64,000 bases of DNA from Raillietiella orientalis (taxonomy: Eukaryota). Positions 12,700 through 26,100 of this stretch are shown here, one piece after another. Both the position numbers and the translations under genes were made by a program. The notes below the pieces were generated by a model. It ran no database searches and was not told the DNA's origin. It saw nothing but the letters and a program-made list of their open reading frames with translations. Positions within the stretch are counted from its first letter, which is position 1. Each line of letters opens with the position of its first letter. The stretch lies in the NCBI GenBank assembly GCA_036172245.1, contig JAYWIR010000002.1, positions 1,364,001 through 1,428,000 on the forward strand. The letters run 5' to 3'.

Positions 12700-13900
12700 C
12701 ATGCTTTTTGAGAGGGAGATACCGAGATCTGAGCAGCAAGAAGCAGTTTTCGACCAAACCGACCTATACCATCCCAGTAAGAAAGTTTGCGGAAGCTGCC
12801 CCAGAGAGGAATTGGGAATAACAGCCGGAAGCTCGTGGGTCTTGGGGTGCGTTCGCATAGGTAGAGAGATAGCGCATACAGTCTGCGAGGAAGGAAGCCT
12901 ACTCGTCCAGCTGCGCAGTTCCCGTCGGAGCAGCCACACGTGGTAGAGTTGAGGCGTGGTATGGGATGGCGAGGGGGAGGGAGAGGAGTGGGCACAAGAC
13001 TTCCCAACCAGCCGCGCTTCGAGTCGTTGCGCTCCGGGCGGGCGGCAGATTTCACCGCGTCCCACACGTGTGCGCCGGCGCGACGCCGGAGTCCTTGAAC
13101 TAGAGGGAGTACAAGGTGTGGTCCTGCGTGCGCACGTGCACGCAGCAAATGCCGAGGGAATGCTCCGGAAGGCTCGCGACGATCGCGTAGATAGGTCCAT
13201 CACTTCGCCCGGCATTTACGGAGCGGAGCGTCTCCGGCCAGCAATCGTCGGTGTTTCCCCGCCCTGCCACGCGACTAACGTCGACTGTGGATGGGGCGCA
13301 CGCGGATGCTAGGTGCCCCATCAGCGGGGAGCAAGGTGTCCCGGTCGTCCAGGCTGGCGAACAGTCTGCCGGGGAAGACCTTTGCGTGGCCGGAAAGCGC
13401 AAGTTGCCCGGGCGGTGGAAGAAGGAAAGACCCTCTCTCCGAGGAAAATGGGAGGGGTGTGCTGCCCGTCGGTCGCAGTGACTCCAAGGAGTGCATTGCT
13501 CCTGACGTCCGTCGATGGCGAGAGGTTCGTGGGCGCGCAAGAAGGTGGGGAGCGGTAGGTGCGATGGAGCAAAGGGGAACAGAGCGGGTGAGAGGACTTG
13601 CCAAGCAGTTTTCCGGGGCAGTGGGACAGAACCTCTTCCCGAAGGCAACTTCTGGGCTCCGCAGGTATCTCTTTCGCAAAGGAGGAGGAGGAGAGGGAAC
13701 CCGAAAGAGCCTAACTCTTCTCTTCCTGGAGCCGAGGCCTTGGGGATGGAAGAACACGGAGAGGAAGTGGCGGCTTGCGAAGTCATTTCCCAGCTACCGG
13801 CTGGAGGCGAAAGAGGGCCCCTCGCTGATTCGAGCGGGGCATTCCCAACAACCCGCATGCGGCGCCTTCCTGATCCGTGAGGACCGTGACCTTGCCGTCA
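12700..13900 (-). mobile_element. Decayed non-LTR retrotransposon 5' portion (ORF1 zinc knuckle + APE endonuclease)
   Basis: CSPLMGHLASAC (CCHC remnant), TLRSVNAGR (APE S.N.RG), SLGICCVHVRT (cf. DI.CLQET), DHTLY...SGVA, RLYA, LPQTFLLG (cf. P.PFLLLGDFN). Confidence 0.5.
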
Positions 13901-16389
13901 CTCGCGCTCTACCCCCCCTTCACGTGCTGCCATCTCTAGACGAGCGTCCGAACCTGTCTCCGGCGAGCAACCCGCGCGGTGCACCGTTTCCAGAGGGAAG
14001 CTCTGAGCTTTGCAGGAAGACGGGCCGACCGTCTGTTCCCCTCCCATTCGATCTATGGGGAGTCTCTTGGGAAGCAGCGTGACAACGGAAGAAAAAACCG
14101 AGCGTTTGAGCTCACGACAACTTCCGTGTCACTTGACCTTCCTTCTCCCCCCCCTCCTTCGTGAGCGAAGTGCCGGCAAGGGGGCTGGGGCGAGGGACCG
14201 CGGGAGACCAGAAGCCGAAATTATGGGAAGGGATGAGGAGCAGGACTTCTCCACTTTCCTGGGTTTCCTCGGGAGGCGGGGAAAGGGAGCGTTCTTCCAC
14301 GCTCCCTTCCTCCTTTCCTTACCCAAGGATCTGCTCGCGATCCTTCATCAGTCCATTTGGTTCGAGGAGGAGAAGGAGGAGGGAGAGATGCAGAAAAGCG
14401 AGGATGGGGCCCCCTGGCATGTCATCCGGGGAACCGATCGGCCGTGTCCCGGGTCACATAGCACACACCCCGACCGCTGCTCCCCGCGAATCTCTCTTTT
14501 GCCTACCTGGAAGATCCCCCATTCTCTTGCTGTCTCTCAGGGAAGGAGGAGAAGACCCCACGATACTTCCTTCCCCTCTTCTGACAGCAGAGGCCGCTCG
14601 CACCGCCTCATCCAAGCGCTCCTCCCTGAGGCGCTGCGCTCGCTGGTACGGTGCGCCGTCTCAGTGGCAGGGAAGAATTGCGCCTGGGAGGGCGACGAGA
14701 GAGGCCGCATCGCCTCCCTCCAACGGGAGAGATACTGTTGCGCCAGTGGGTCTGAGAGGGATGAACTCTTCCGGACTTGGAATCCGGGAATGGGGAACGC
14801 ATGATAGAGGGGCATCGACCTCCCGCAGGAGCGAGGTCTTCGCCCATTCTGGAGAAAGAGGGAGAGAGAGGAAAGGATTTAGAGAGGTAGGAGGAGGAGG
14901 AAGAGGGAGTCGTCGTCTTGTCGGGTCTTCCACTTCATCCTCCGGCGGGGAGTCGGTGGCTCCTGCGGGCGCGCTGCCAGCAGTTTCCCTCACGCTCCGC
15001 TACAGCGCCGTGCACGCAAGTCCCCTGCACGGGAAGCAAGTTTCAGTCTCTATGGAAACGGGGCTTCGCCCTGGGAATCAAGTCGACTCTACCTCTTATT
15101 GTCTTCGCCCCCTCCCTTTCCTTTCCTGCACTGTGGGAAAGGTCGTCCTCAATGCCGCGGGCGAGGAAGGAGGGGAGGGACCCGTCACGAGTGGAGGGGA
15201 ATATGAAAAAAAAGAAAAAGGGAATGAATGCAGTGGCGGGAGGAGGAAGGGTTCACCGAGCATTCACACCGGGTCATCCCGGGCAACCCCTGCCCGAGAG
15301 TGCGGAGTCCTCCTTCGCTGGTGTGGCCAGCGTGCCCCAGTGTCCACCAGGGTGAAGCGGGGACCACCCGCCACTGCCGTCCATGCCGCTACATGCCGCT
15401 CCATCTCCTGCAACCTGGCGACCTTCGCTTGTACGCTACATGAGACGACCAGCGACCAGGCTGGCCAGAGCTCGCCCGTCCGGGGCGACGACGCCATCCG
15501 GGTGATCCTGTTCAGTCCGTCACACATTTTCTTGGGCGGCTGGGGTTCCCAGATTGCTGTTGCGGGATCGTTTCCGCTTCCACGCCTCCCGCGAGGCCGG
15601 AAGCGACGTCCACTTGCGTCAAGAGGTGGTGGAGCAGAAAGCCCCGCATCGAACGCGGAGTCCCCGGTTGCTGATCATAGTGGGGAAGACGTCCAGGATG
15701 GCTGATCACAGGTGCAGAACTTCCGAGCAGCGGTGGCTCCCGAGCGCCTGAGGATTTTTCGGTGCCTGCGATGCTGAAGCGGCTTCCACCGAGAGGGAAG
15801 TGTGCCTCCGGACGTCCTTGCCAGCAGCGCAGCGTGCCCGCAGCCCTGCTCCGCTTTCTCTGGCCTCCCTGGATTCAGGAGGATTCCTCTCAAGGTCTGG
15901 ATGAGACGAATGCTTCCAGCAGGGCTGGCGTGGATGGTTCATCGTCCAGGTTCGAAGGCATCCTCCTGCTTTGCGCTGAATTTCTTTGGTCGACAGGGCA
16001 TCCTCAATGGGACAGCCTACGACCTGCGTTGTGGGAGGCGGAAAGGGGGGTAGTCCCTCCGCGTCCCGCCGAAGCAGATCCGATGCAGCTCCCCGCCAGT
16101 GCCCTTCCTCCGGTCGCTCTGTGAGGTCCAGCGGCTAGAAGAGGAGTCACACCTTGGTTCTTCCTGAAGTCCGGATCCCCAGACCTGTGTTCCAGAAAGG
16201 AGCGAGCGGATCTCTGAGGCGCAAGCGTGACCTTCCCGACCAGCCTGTCCTTGCATTGAATGGTAGAGGGGGAGCACACGAAACGACAGAGGTCCGAGGA
16301 GGGGGAACAAGGCTGAGCGTCCCGCACCAGTGCTTCTCGGAGTAACCGCACGGACCTCAGTCGGTCCGGATATCAACCGCCCCACCTAA

Positions 16390-17880
16390 GACAGTTGTCT
16401 CTCTCCTCTTAGGCAGGAGACGCGGCTATGCTGACGTGAAAGAGCCAGGCTACTTGGTCCGTCTTCCCCTCTGTCAGTCGGATCGTTCCAGTGGCTTTTC
16501 CTCCTGTTAGAGACAGGCAGACCACACTTCTGTCTTGCAAAAGCTTCGAGGGACGCTCCTAGGTGACGGAATGCGCCGTCAAAGGGAATTTCCAACATCG
16601 CCGTTGTCCGAGCAGAAGTAGCTCGAACAATGCTCTCTTCCTCGCAGCTTCTGCATGCAGGGAGGAGTAGTAGAGGCTTACAATGCGGCATGCGTCGGTT
16701 GGTGCGAGCATTCCCGGCCCTGGTCGTCGAGCAGGCAAGCCGCTTCAGACTACCAGACCTGGTACTCGACTCTCGCCTTGTATTCCGCCAGGTGCGGGAC
16801 ATCCTGACGTCTGGAAGAATTTCGGAACTGCAGAAACGCTCTGCCGTTGGCCATGCCTTCTCCGAAACCTCAGGGAAACAGGTACAAGAAGCACCGGTAG
16901 CAGAACTCACAGACCGCCCTTTTCAGATCGTCTCAGTCAGCGAGTTCGCGGATGACGAAGCCACGCAGGATTTAACCCAGTTACGCCGGGAGGTTTATCC
17001 TGTCTACCCTCTCAGACCACGCCGCGAGCGTCGACTGGGATGATCTCGTCGATTTCTCCTCTTGACCCTCATTACGAGCCCTTACTTCAAAGAACGCGCT
17101 GAGACGTAGCGGCCGGGGTGCTTGTGGGAGGAAGGGAACGGGATCGTCTGCGTGAACCACTGCTTGCAAGGGGTAGCAAGAGGACGGCAGATCGTCCAGA
17201 AGTTTCTTTCTTTACAAGACCACATCGAAGAGGATAGACCTTAGGCAGTCTCCCTGACTTTCCATGAGCCACGCTGGCACGCCGTACATGCAGCGGACTC
17301 CAGAAGGGCTCGTTTAGCATGGCGTTCGCTCCAGAAGACGCTCGAGCATAGACCCGCGGATTGCCAAAAAGGTCCAGACGGACTAGGAGCACTGGGAACA
17401 AGTTCTAGGCCATGCAGTGGAACGCCTTCCGGGAGTCATCCGCAACTGATAGGTCTGTCGACTGTCCTCTGCGCCTGTGCGCCACGCGTTGGCTCCAGGA
17501 TCCCCGTTGGAGGCAAGGCGGCCGCAGGCGCCCCATGCGCTCCCGCAGCCGAAACCGACAATGAATCAGGAGCAGGTCGGAGAACGTGGTGCTTCCGAGA
17601 GCGGCAGGACTTGTTTGGACCCATCCCAACAATGTTGCCCACGGTTTCGAAATCAATCTGGCGTTTGCGTTCGCGACCGTTGCCAAGTCGACGGAATGTC
17701 TCTTCTTAGACAGGAGGCACGTCTGTGACGACTTGAAGAGTCGGGTACCTGGTCTGTCTCCTCCTCTATCAGTCTATTCAAGTCAGCTCAGATGCCAGAG
17801 GTCACAGCTCTTCCGAGAACTGCTCCTTGTCTTCCCCTGGGGCTTTGAGACCCTTGATCTGGCCGATCTAATGTGAGGCT
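16390..17880 (-). mobile_element. Nested reverse-transcriptase fragment of a different non-LTR clade (RTE/CR1/Jockey-like), antisense within copy A
   Basis: RT motifs appear in order on minus: KAPGED (~17840), DSRKAFH (cf. D.RKAFD), QGDCLRSILFDVVL (~17250), QAVVHADD (~17150), RIN, FLYL. GC content is lower than in the flanks. Confidence 0.7.
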
Positions 17881-19446
17881 TGTCCTGAAGGAAGCGGGCG
17901 CTTCGAGTACAGATCGCTGCTCCGCTCCAGTGGCGGACGTGTGCCCGTCTGCAGCAGGGTTCCCGTCTTGCACGGCACCCTCCGCGAGTCCGCGCGCACA
18001 CGATCCGGAGAGAAACTTCCTGACCAGGCATCGTGCGGTGTGTGTGAAGGCGGTGGCCCAAAGACCAAGGGCGCCCGACCCCCAAGTCTACCATTTCGTG
18101 CTGACCCACTGCCACTCCGCCAGAAGGTGGAGGTCCAAACCGTGGCAGTGAGAGGGAGAGGAAAGGGTCAGTGGCTCCGCCTGGTCCGAATCGCCGGGCC
18201 GATCCTTTCTCTATTCCGGAGCTCGTTCCCGGGAAGTTTCAACCGCCTCTCGGGTCTTGCAGCCAGTCTCCTCGGAGCTCTCCTCAGGACGTGCGGTGAA
18301 CCTACCTTCCCAGTCGCGGGTGGTCAGACAGCAGACATTTGACGCTTCACCGGGCGCGTGCGAAGCCATCGAGGAGAACGTGGTCCACCTGCTGTGCTGT
18401 TTCGGAATCCAAGAGCCCCCCCACTTTCCAGAACAGGAGAGGCGGAACTCGGACATGCCTGCGAGGCCACTTTGCTGCCGTAACAGCGAAAGCTCAAGGC
18501 AGCTCGCCGACGCGGGCAGAGGAAAACCTGGGTTCGGCGGTGAAGCCCGACGGTCGAGGTCGGAGGAGGGCGTCCATCAGGGTCCCTCTTGGCATTCATC
18601 CGTTCTTCCTGTCCCATAGGCCTCTCCCCATTTCCTCCTCCTAAAACTCGCAGGATTGGGGAGTCGGCTTGGGACAGTCCCCACGAGAAGAACCGCGTGA
18701 GATTCTCGTTCCTGAACATGCAACCGTGTGGGGCGCCCCCCCCCCCCCCAGAGCCGGTCGTTCTCTCGTGGCTTGGCTTCGCCCGGACGGCTTCTCGGCG
18801 ACTGCGTGTGCAGCGCAGCCACGGAGGCGCGGCTGCATCTGAGGAGGGCATCGTTTCCTTTCGCCGCCGTCGCGCAGATGCTGAAGTCCGGCGACTGCGG
18901 CGAGTACGCCGCCTTACACTGGCTCGGGGGAGGGCGGAGGTCGCACCCAGTTCTGCCAACCTTGTTCGGTTTAACCACTCCGGTCGGCGTCCTCCCCAGC
19001 TCCACGACGCCTGCGGGCTCCTGCATCCGGGGGACACCGCAATGGACTGGATGCGCCGCTTCTTCACGCGTAGCGGCCTATCTCTTGGAGAGGTCGTCGC
19101 AATCATCTGCTGAGTCCGCGCCATTGTCAGAGCCCACCACGTATTGCAGCTGTGAGCGGTCCCAACAGCGGTCCCTGACAGTGCAGCCTGCAATCTGGAA
19201 CTGGTTGCCGGGTGGCCACACCTGGAAGAAGTGAAGACGGAGATTGCCGGCATTCACTCCCGGTTCTGCGAATAGGAACGGCTGAAGCTGCAAATCCCTG
19301 TCCCGACCCGCCCACTATTTTTTATTTATTTATTGTCCCCTCCCTGCCGTTCCGAACCCTCAATGCCCGACCTGTGTGTCGGGAAACCCTCCTCCTTAAC
19401 TTCTGTTCCTCTTGCCTGGGAACTATGTTCCCAGATGATCTCTTAC

Positions 19447-19478
19447 AATAAACGTCCCGGCGCAACCAGGTAACAAAC
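19447..19478 (+). repeat. Conserved LINE 3'-terminal motif, copy A
   Basis: AATAAACGTCCCGGCGCAACCAGGTAACAAAC. Confidence 0.8.
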
Positions 19479-19479
19479 G

Positions 19480-21899
19480 ACGCCTGCGGTGGGGCACGGC
19501 GTCGCCGTTACCGCGGCCACTGAGAGGAGGGCTTGTCTTGAGCTTTCGCCACGCGGAACGTTTCGCTCCCCGACTCACCTAGTGCCGGAGGGGAGGCCCT
19601 TGGCTACACAGTTCCTCCTCCTCCGCCGCTGCCGCGCAGGGGGCCAGCCCTCGGCAGGGCAACGGCCGCGTGGACGACAACAAAGGAGGATGCCGGCATC
19701 TCCGCAGAGGCTAGGAGGGAGGGCAGTTCCCGTCGAGGATCCGAGGGTGCGTCCATGGATCCCGGGGCTCCGCTCCCGTGGTTTCTTCGGAGGAGATCGC
19801 TGCACTGATCCTCGCCTACCAGAGGAGAGCGCAGCCTCAGAGCCCTCGGCTCCCTTCGCGCGTCTTCCCGACGGAGCGTCGCGCGCGCGCAAGTACGCTG
19901 CCTGGCGGAATCCTCTCGTGGGAAGCGCCGTGGAGGTAGCGGCGGCGCTGCATCCGGCCTGCACCGCTGGCTACCCAGTTTGGCCTTCTGGGAGTTGGGA
20001 GACGGCTGGTTGCTGCAGGCTGCGCCTGTTTGACTCCCCTACCCCCTCGCGGGAGCCGAATGTCGGGATGGAGAGCGGGGGGAAAGAGGAGCCGCGGCGC
20101 TCCCTACTTAAGGCTGTTCCTGAGAACCGGACCATTCTCTAGGAGACCGAACCCCTCCTCGTCGTATCCCCGCGGCCCACGACGGGAATGCGATGCTACC
20201 AGGGAAGGGGTGGGAGTTCAAGCGAGAGGGGATGGTCTGAGGCGCGTCCCGGACAACATGCGGTGTCCTGCGACCTCGGGTTCGCCAAGTGGTCTGGAAG
20301 GCGCCATTCTCAGCTCTCGCCCCTGCCTCTCTCCCCTCCCGGATGCTCCTCCTCTTGCCACAGCGTCACCTGCGAGGGTGACCCCAGCCCAAGATAGGCG
20401 AGGGGGGAAAGTTAGGGCGATAAATGAATCTTTCGGTGGGGCTCGCAAGGGCAGAGCGACATGACAGCCCTCGAGGGAAAAATAGAAGGCGGGAGACGAG
20501 CGCGCGTCCGGGAGAGGGAGGGGGTGGGAACGAGGAGCGGCCTTTCCAAGCGGTGCCCGCGCTCTCGCACGAAGCCGGGTAACGGCAGGATGTCCGCTCC
20601 AGCCTTCCGAACGGGGGATTGTCCATTCGATCTAAAAGGCGACGGAGGGAGACCAGCCACTTCCACAGGGTAAGCCGCTCCCTCTGGACCGGTCCTTGAG
20701 GGCCGAGAAGGTAAGGGCCACGCTGTCGCTCAACTCCGAGCACCGATGTCCGAGAGCGCGAGTCGTGCTTATAACCGTGCCAACGGGGTGAGCCGTCTAG
20801 GGCACCCGACTTCCTCCAGACCCTGCTGCGAAGGGCAGGGACGCCTAGCCAGACGCGAGCGTACGCCTGGGCCAGGGCCGCTCGCCGACCCTCCCAACCT
20901 TTCCTGCCTGGATGCGATTCCTCCGGAGCTCTTACGGAGGAGGCTGCAGGGACCTCCGCTCTCTCCTCAAAGCAGTGCGCCTCGAGGGCGGAAGAAGCTA
21001 TTCCGGACGGGATCAGCAGCGAACATCTTCCCAAGGAGGGGCACTGCTGCCGCTTGCCCTTCGTTTGGTGCCCTCCGAACTCGGCGGACAGGCGATCGAG
21101 GGGACAAGCTGGCGGCGAATGGGCAACGAGCAAAAGGCGGGAGGCCAAGCAGGCAGCCTGACACATGAAACGAACCGGGAAGCGAGCGCGGACGGGAACA
21201 CGAACACGCGAGCACGACTCGCGGTGCCTGGGGAACCGCGCATCGCGCCTGGACCGCCACAGCCCACGGTCGCGTCTTCCGGCATCTGAGGTGCAGACAC
21301 TTCGTCGGGAAGGCACGCGCGCGAGCGGAAAGGAGGCTTCCCCTCTCACATCAGGCCGCATGTCAGTCGCAGATGCCAGGGAAGGGGGTTGCGAGCTTTT
21401 GACCGGGGGCTAGCCTTCGGGTTTTTCCTCGGAAAGCGGGCGATTCCCGCGAATGCGCGTTTCGGGGGATGCGTTCCGTTGGCTGCATCCTGGAGGCCTC
21501 TTCCTGCTTCGAGGACCCCCTCTTCTCCTCGGACCCTGGAGGAAGTCGCTTCCCTCTCTAGTGCATTGCTCGATCCTCCCGGAACCATCCTGCTTTCCTT
21601 CTGCCGCCTGCGCCTGAGCGACGCGCTTACGTCGCCGCAAGGAGCTCCGACCCAATGCCGACCCAGTGCCGCGCTCTCGAGGCAGGCAGGTGGCGGCGCT
21701 TCCTGCCAGCCAAGTCACCCGGAGCTTCCCTTGGTGCTGCGGGAACGCTGGATGCTGGGCAGAAGTGCACTGACTGATTTCCGGACAAGCGAAGCAGCCC
21801 TTCCCTCAGAACGGAGCTGAGAAGACCAAGACCGGCTTGACCCTACACATGTATGTTTATTTTTTGTAATAAATGTCCCGGCATGACCGGGTGATGAAT
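19480..21899 (+). mobile_element. Decayed, internally deleted L1/Tx1-like LINE (copy B)
   Basis: The knuckle region at ~20240-20330 is similar at DNA level to 14440-14540 (gtcccgg..aca; ctggaag..ccattctc). Also GVSRLGHP (GGLG.P-like) and C-terminal RERWMLG. It ends in AATAAATGTCCCGGCATGACCGGGTGA. Confidence 0.55.
21868..21899 (+). repeat. Conserved LINE 3'-terminal motif, copy B
   Basis: AATAAATGTCCCGGCATGACCGGGTGATGAAT. Confidence 0.8.
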
Positions 21900-22056
21900 C
21901 CTTGACTTGAAGAATAAGGCGCACCCTCGGGTGGCTTGGGCCGTGTTAAGGAGCACTGTGAGACCCCCTTACGAAGGCAGACGGTTCTTCAGATGTCTTT
22001 ACGTGTGAAAGAGAGAGTGCGCGGATGCTCAGAGGCGACGCGGAAGCCTGCGTGCA

Positions 22057-22088
22057 GTTTTTTACCCGGTCACGCCGGGGCGTTTACT
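22057..22088 (-). repeat. Conserved LINE 3'-terminal motif, copy C
   Basis: Minus strand AGTAAACGCCCCGGCGTGACCGGGTAAAAAAC. Confidence 0.8.
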
Positions 22089-23085
22089 TTATAAAAAATG
22101 AACCAGTCGGGAACACGCTGGTTCCCAGCCGAAGACAAAAGGAGTTCAAGGGGAGGGTCCACCGACACGCAAGTCGGGATAAGCAAAGTCCGGAAAGGGG
22201 AGGAAATAGGGGGACAACAAAAAAAGTAAATCTGATGGGATGGTGCAGGGACCTTTGTGTTCGCTCTGTGCGCACGAAGGTAAAAGCAAAAACACCGGAG
22301 AAGTTACAGAGCGAATGGGAATGGGGAATGAGAAGACCAAAAATAAAGGGAGGCAGGGGACAAAGGTCACCGGTGTCCTCCGTTCCTTTCGGAACCGGAG
22401 CGCTGGATGCCGGCGATCTCATCCTTCACTTCTTGGTCCAAGCGAAGCCACCTAGTGCACCGCCGCCGCAGCACATCTTGGGCGGTATCCTCCTGGTGCA
22501 GGAGCTCTGATGCTCACCCCAGCCACGGTTGCTGGAGGGCACCGCGGTCCAAAGACAGGTGCGGGTCGAAGGCTGCGTGTAGTCAGCGCACCCCTGAGAA
22601 GCAAAAACTATCTTGGAACCTTCTCCTGCGGCCTGGGAGCAAGAAGGAAGAGAAACGGCATGCCTCTGGCCTCTGCCAGCATCCTGATCTTGGAGTCTGC
22701 TCCGCTGACAACGGATGCAGCAGCCCAGACTGCGCTCGAAACGGCAGGCGGGAGCAACAGGAACGTCCCTTTCGCACCTGCACTGGCTGCCTAGCGTCTG
22801 TGCAGGTGTGTCCAACATCAGCAGCCCCCCCCCACACACACAGGAAAACCAAAGACCGGTACGATTCCATCTGTGATGCTGGTGGAGACATCTGTTTTAG
22901 GATATTCTCAAGGGATGTGTGTCCCAAGCGATTCGTCCCCAAGTTCGAAACGTGACAGACGCTCATGGTGAGGACGACCCGCGCTGGGTCGTCAGGATGG
23001 ATGTTGGACTGAAACCAGGACCCCTCGCACGGACTTCCCCTTTTCGGAAAAGAATGGCAGAATTCATTCAATTTGAATTCTCAGC
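22057..23085 (-). mobile_element. 5'-truncated LINE (copy C; ORF2 C-terminus + 3' UTR), same subfamily as the end of copy A
   Basis: Minus strand aagaagtgaaggatgagatcgccggcatccagcgctccggttccgaaaggaacgg aligns with copy A aagaagtgaagacggagattgccggcattcactccggttctgcgaataggaacgg (19226-19281). The terminal hairpin motif is at 22057-22088. Confidence 0.7.
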
Positions 23086-23092
23086 AGATGGC

Positions 23093-23124
23093 GTTTGTCA
23101 CCCGGATTTGCAGGGGCATTTATT
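23093..23124 (-). repeat. Conserved LINE 3'-terminal motif, copy D
   Basis: Minus strand AATAAATGCCCCTGCAAATCCGGGTGACAAAC. Confidence 0.8.
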
Positions 23125-26100
23125 ACTAAAAAAATCATAATAAAAGTCGTAGATATTACAAGTTCGTGGTATCACGGGCGAAGGACTTGACAAAAACCGG
23201 TATGCGGACTGGTGAGGTCCGCTCCAGCAACGAATGCGGAGGGAAAACCACACAAAAAAAAAAAAACAAAAAAAGAGGAAGGGATCACTGTTCGCCTGGA
23301 GACGTCCTCTACATCCTGTCCAGGATGCTGACAAAAATGTGCTGTTTTTACATTGCCCAGGTGGGGCCATCTTGACGCGGTCTCCAAAAAAATCCTTACC
23401 CAGTGGATGGCGTCCCCGCCATTTCGGCCTCTTCTTGTCGCGTTCCAGCGTACTAAGACTCCGCGGATGCAACAGGGAACTGCCAAGGACGCAGCTGGAG
23501 GCAGATGGCGTTGGGTGCAGGAAATGACCAGTGGAATTGCTCTTTGATTACCGTAGGGCATTTAAGCAACATACATAAAATTATAAATATTTAATTCAAT
23601 TCTGTTGAAAATAGCCAATGCATATGATTTAACATGATTTCATTCGGACGATCGATCCTTATTAAATTAAATATATTTATGTTAACCAGGATTATCAAGT
23701 GACATTTATGATGCTGCCTTTATAAGAAGGGATAAAAGACATGCCCCAAGTTATAGATCACATAAGAGTTTGGAGGAATAATCTTGATGGCTGTTCCGTT
23801 GGCGAGATTGGGTGGTAGTGCTCCGCGGACGATGGCTGAAAGCCGCCATGAGGCGGTCTCCTGCAACGAACCACCTCCAAAGCCGATAACCGGAGACATG
23901 TTTTTCCAAAGCGCGCGTATGGAAGAGGAGAAACGATCCATCCTCATCGACCTCACCAAGAATGCAGTGTCCTTAGTTGAGCCCTGCAGTGTGCCTCAAG
24001 TTGGAAGACTGCTTCATCGATGGAGGCGCTTCCGTCTTCGTCACCGCTGCTGTCAGAGACGTACCAACTCCAGACCATCCGTGGCTCGCCCCTTTGAACC
24101 CACCCGAATTCACTTCCCCGGGAGAGCTCGGTAGGCTTTTCTGAGTCGTGAGACCAAGACGCTGTGACCTTGGGAGGGCACACTGGAGGAAGGGAAGGAA
24201 GGGGGGGGGGAAGTAACGCCATGGCTGCAGAAAGTCCGTCATCAAAGATGGCGAAACAAGCAAGTCAGCAGCTGTCCAAGAATCAGATCCTTTTCATTGT
24301 CTTTTCTTCAAGGCTTCCAGGGTTCTTGAGGGAGGGATGATCGTCCTGGGATGGTGGCTTTTTTTTTGTTTTTTAAGCAAAAAATAATTATACATGCTCC
24401 TTCGGAAGGCAGGGGGAGGGGGAGGAAAGGTTGCCATGGAGACGGCTTCGTAAGGGCGTCCGGATCCTGCCCGTGGTGTCCGGACGGGGTCGGGAGGGCG
24501 GCGGCGAGAGAACAGGGAATGGAAGAGAGCGCTGGAGCGGTAGTCACCCTCCGGTGGAAGGATGAGGCGCGTGCTCGTACTTTCTCCCCAACGTGGCGGC
24601 GGCGACGGCACCACCAAAGGAGACCTTTCGGTCGCCGTCCGCCCCCCCCCCCCCGTGGCCACTAGGAAGGAGTCCTTTAATTCCCCCAGGTGGGTTCTTT
24701 CGGGAGTTCCTCTTCGGCCGGGGATGGTTGGAAAGGGAGCCTCAAATAGTTTAGGACTCACTTCCTCGGGATGCTCTGGTGTTTTGTAGCCTCGGGTCGG
24801 AGAAAGAAGTTCCTCGAGAGAACGTGAGGTTCTCCTTCCCATCTCACGGGGGAGGGGGGATGCGAACCTGCGCGGCATAAGGGAAGAATAAACCCGGCGT
24901 CGGGGTCCCAGTGTGACCCGGCTGGAAAAGCAGTGTTGGTCTCTCCGAGGAGACGGGTACCCGGGCGGTTCCCTGTTTCGCAGTTCATTTAAAAATAGTA
25001 GACGCGTATCTCGCATCTTGCGGCTTCCTGGCTCTCCGTTCTTCTCCACGACCGCAGGCAGGCGATGGCTTGGAGGGAAACGCTGGTGGAGTCTCTCCTT
25101 GGATGATGCGAACGCCTCCTCTCCCCCGCAAAGGAGCATCCCTGCCCCCTGGCGGATGGCAGCAGATGCCTTCATCTCTTTTCCGGATAGCAGAGGAAAC
25201 GCTCAGGATGCGATTCCTCGTGAGCGCGCGCGGCTACCCCACGAGGTACTCTGGAGTCCCTTCTTTGTGGACGAGGCAGAAACTCGCCAAAAGGGAAGAG
25301 GCTCCAGAGGGAATGCCCATTTTCGGGGTGCCAGGAAACTTCGGGAGAGCAGAAACGGGATGAAGGCTCCTCCTCGCAGCCAGAAAGCGCAGCATCCCAC
25401 GACAGCTTTTGGGGGGGAAGGGGATTGGCTCGCTCGACGGCCGCTGCAAATCCGATTCTGCAAGAGGCAAGTGCCGCCTCGGGATGAACTGAGGCGTCAC
25501 CCAAAGTGATGATCTCGTGACGCGCGGTTCTTCTTGGTCGTGGATCCCGGCGGATCACCCGAGTTCGTTCTGGCGGGGCACGAGAAAGCCAGGTAACCCA
25601 AGGAAGAGCTGGGTTACGCATGGGACTACTGCCTTTGCCTTCTCTCTGGCTCCCCTCGGGCGCTGAGCGAGAGGAAAGGGTTAAACGCTGGTTGCTGAGG
25701 CTTTCGATTACGCGACAAGGGCCGAGGCTGACCGGCACCCGAGGGGGAGCACTGGCACCTCTCCGAGACTTATCCCGGCGGCGGGGAGTGAGAGCGCTCG
25801 GTGCGCCTGGATCCACCCCTAAAAATCCCGGCGGCGGGATCCTCCTCCTTTTTCCCACGCCACTCCTCGTGAGCTTCCAGGATGCTCTCCTGAGCCGATG
25901 AAGAATCAGCTTCCGTCCCTTTCCAAGAAGAGGAGGCAGAGGAAGAGGATCAAGGAAGATGATGATGAAGGTGGGGACGAGAAAGAGGAGAGGCAGAGCG
26001 CGCGTCTCAAGGATGCTCCCCCTCCCCCACAGGGAGAGCAGCTAGAGACTGTTGTCGTCGCCCTTCCTCGCGCCACGTTCTTCCCACCACCTCCTCCTGA

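Larger units (their letters stand above)
14200..19478 (+). mobile_element. Decayed L1/Tx1-like LINE (copy A; probably a composite of two fragments), interrupted by an antisense RT insert
   Basis: ORF1 knuckle remnants GRVPGHIA.. and FAYLEDPHSLAV (~14430-14540). APE remnants SDVHLRQE (~15600), ILLLCAEF and FSE*P (SDH, ~16335). ORF2 C-terminal GACEAIEENVVHLLCC (~18360), then a second C-terminus IC*VRAIV...GWPHLE and a 3' UTR ending in the conserved AATAAA-hairpin at 19447-19478. Confidence 0.65.

Noticed and set aside
14161-15705. 514-aa ORF and the many other 150-330 aa ORFs in 13-28 kb as real genes
   Set aside because: They are low-complexity R/G/P/S translations overlapping on both strands in GC-rich DNA. 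Recognisable motifs hop between frames, as expected for decayed LINEs.
16971-16998. Minus-strand ATAAACCTCCCGGCGTAACTGGGTTAAA resembling a sixth LINE terminal motif
   Set aside because: It falls exactly where RT domain 6 (RIN.AKT-like codons) is expected, RT-like sequence continues past it, and no 3' UTR precedes it. It is probably coincidental, though worth including in a covariance-model test.
24887-24906. AATAAACCCGGCGTCGGGGT, partial resemblance to the terminal motif
   Set aside because: The spacing is wrong, and it is the antisense of the PGPDG-like RT motif of copy D.
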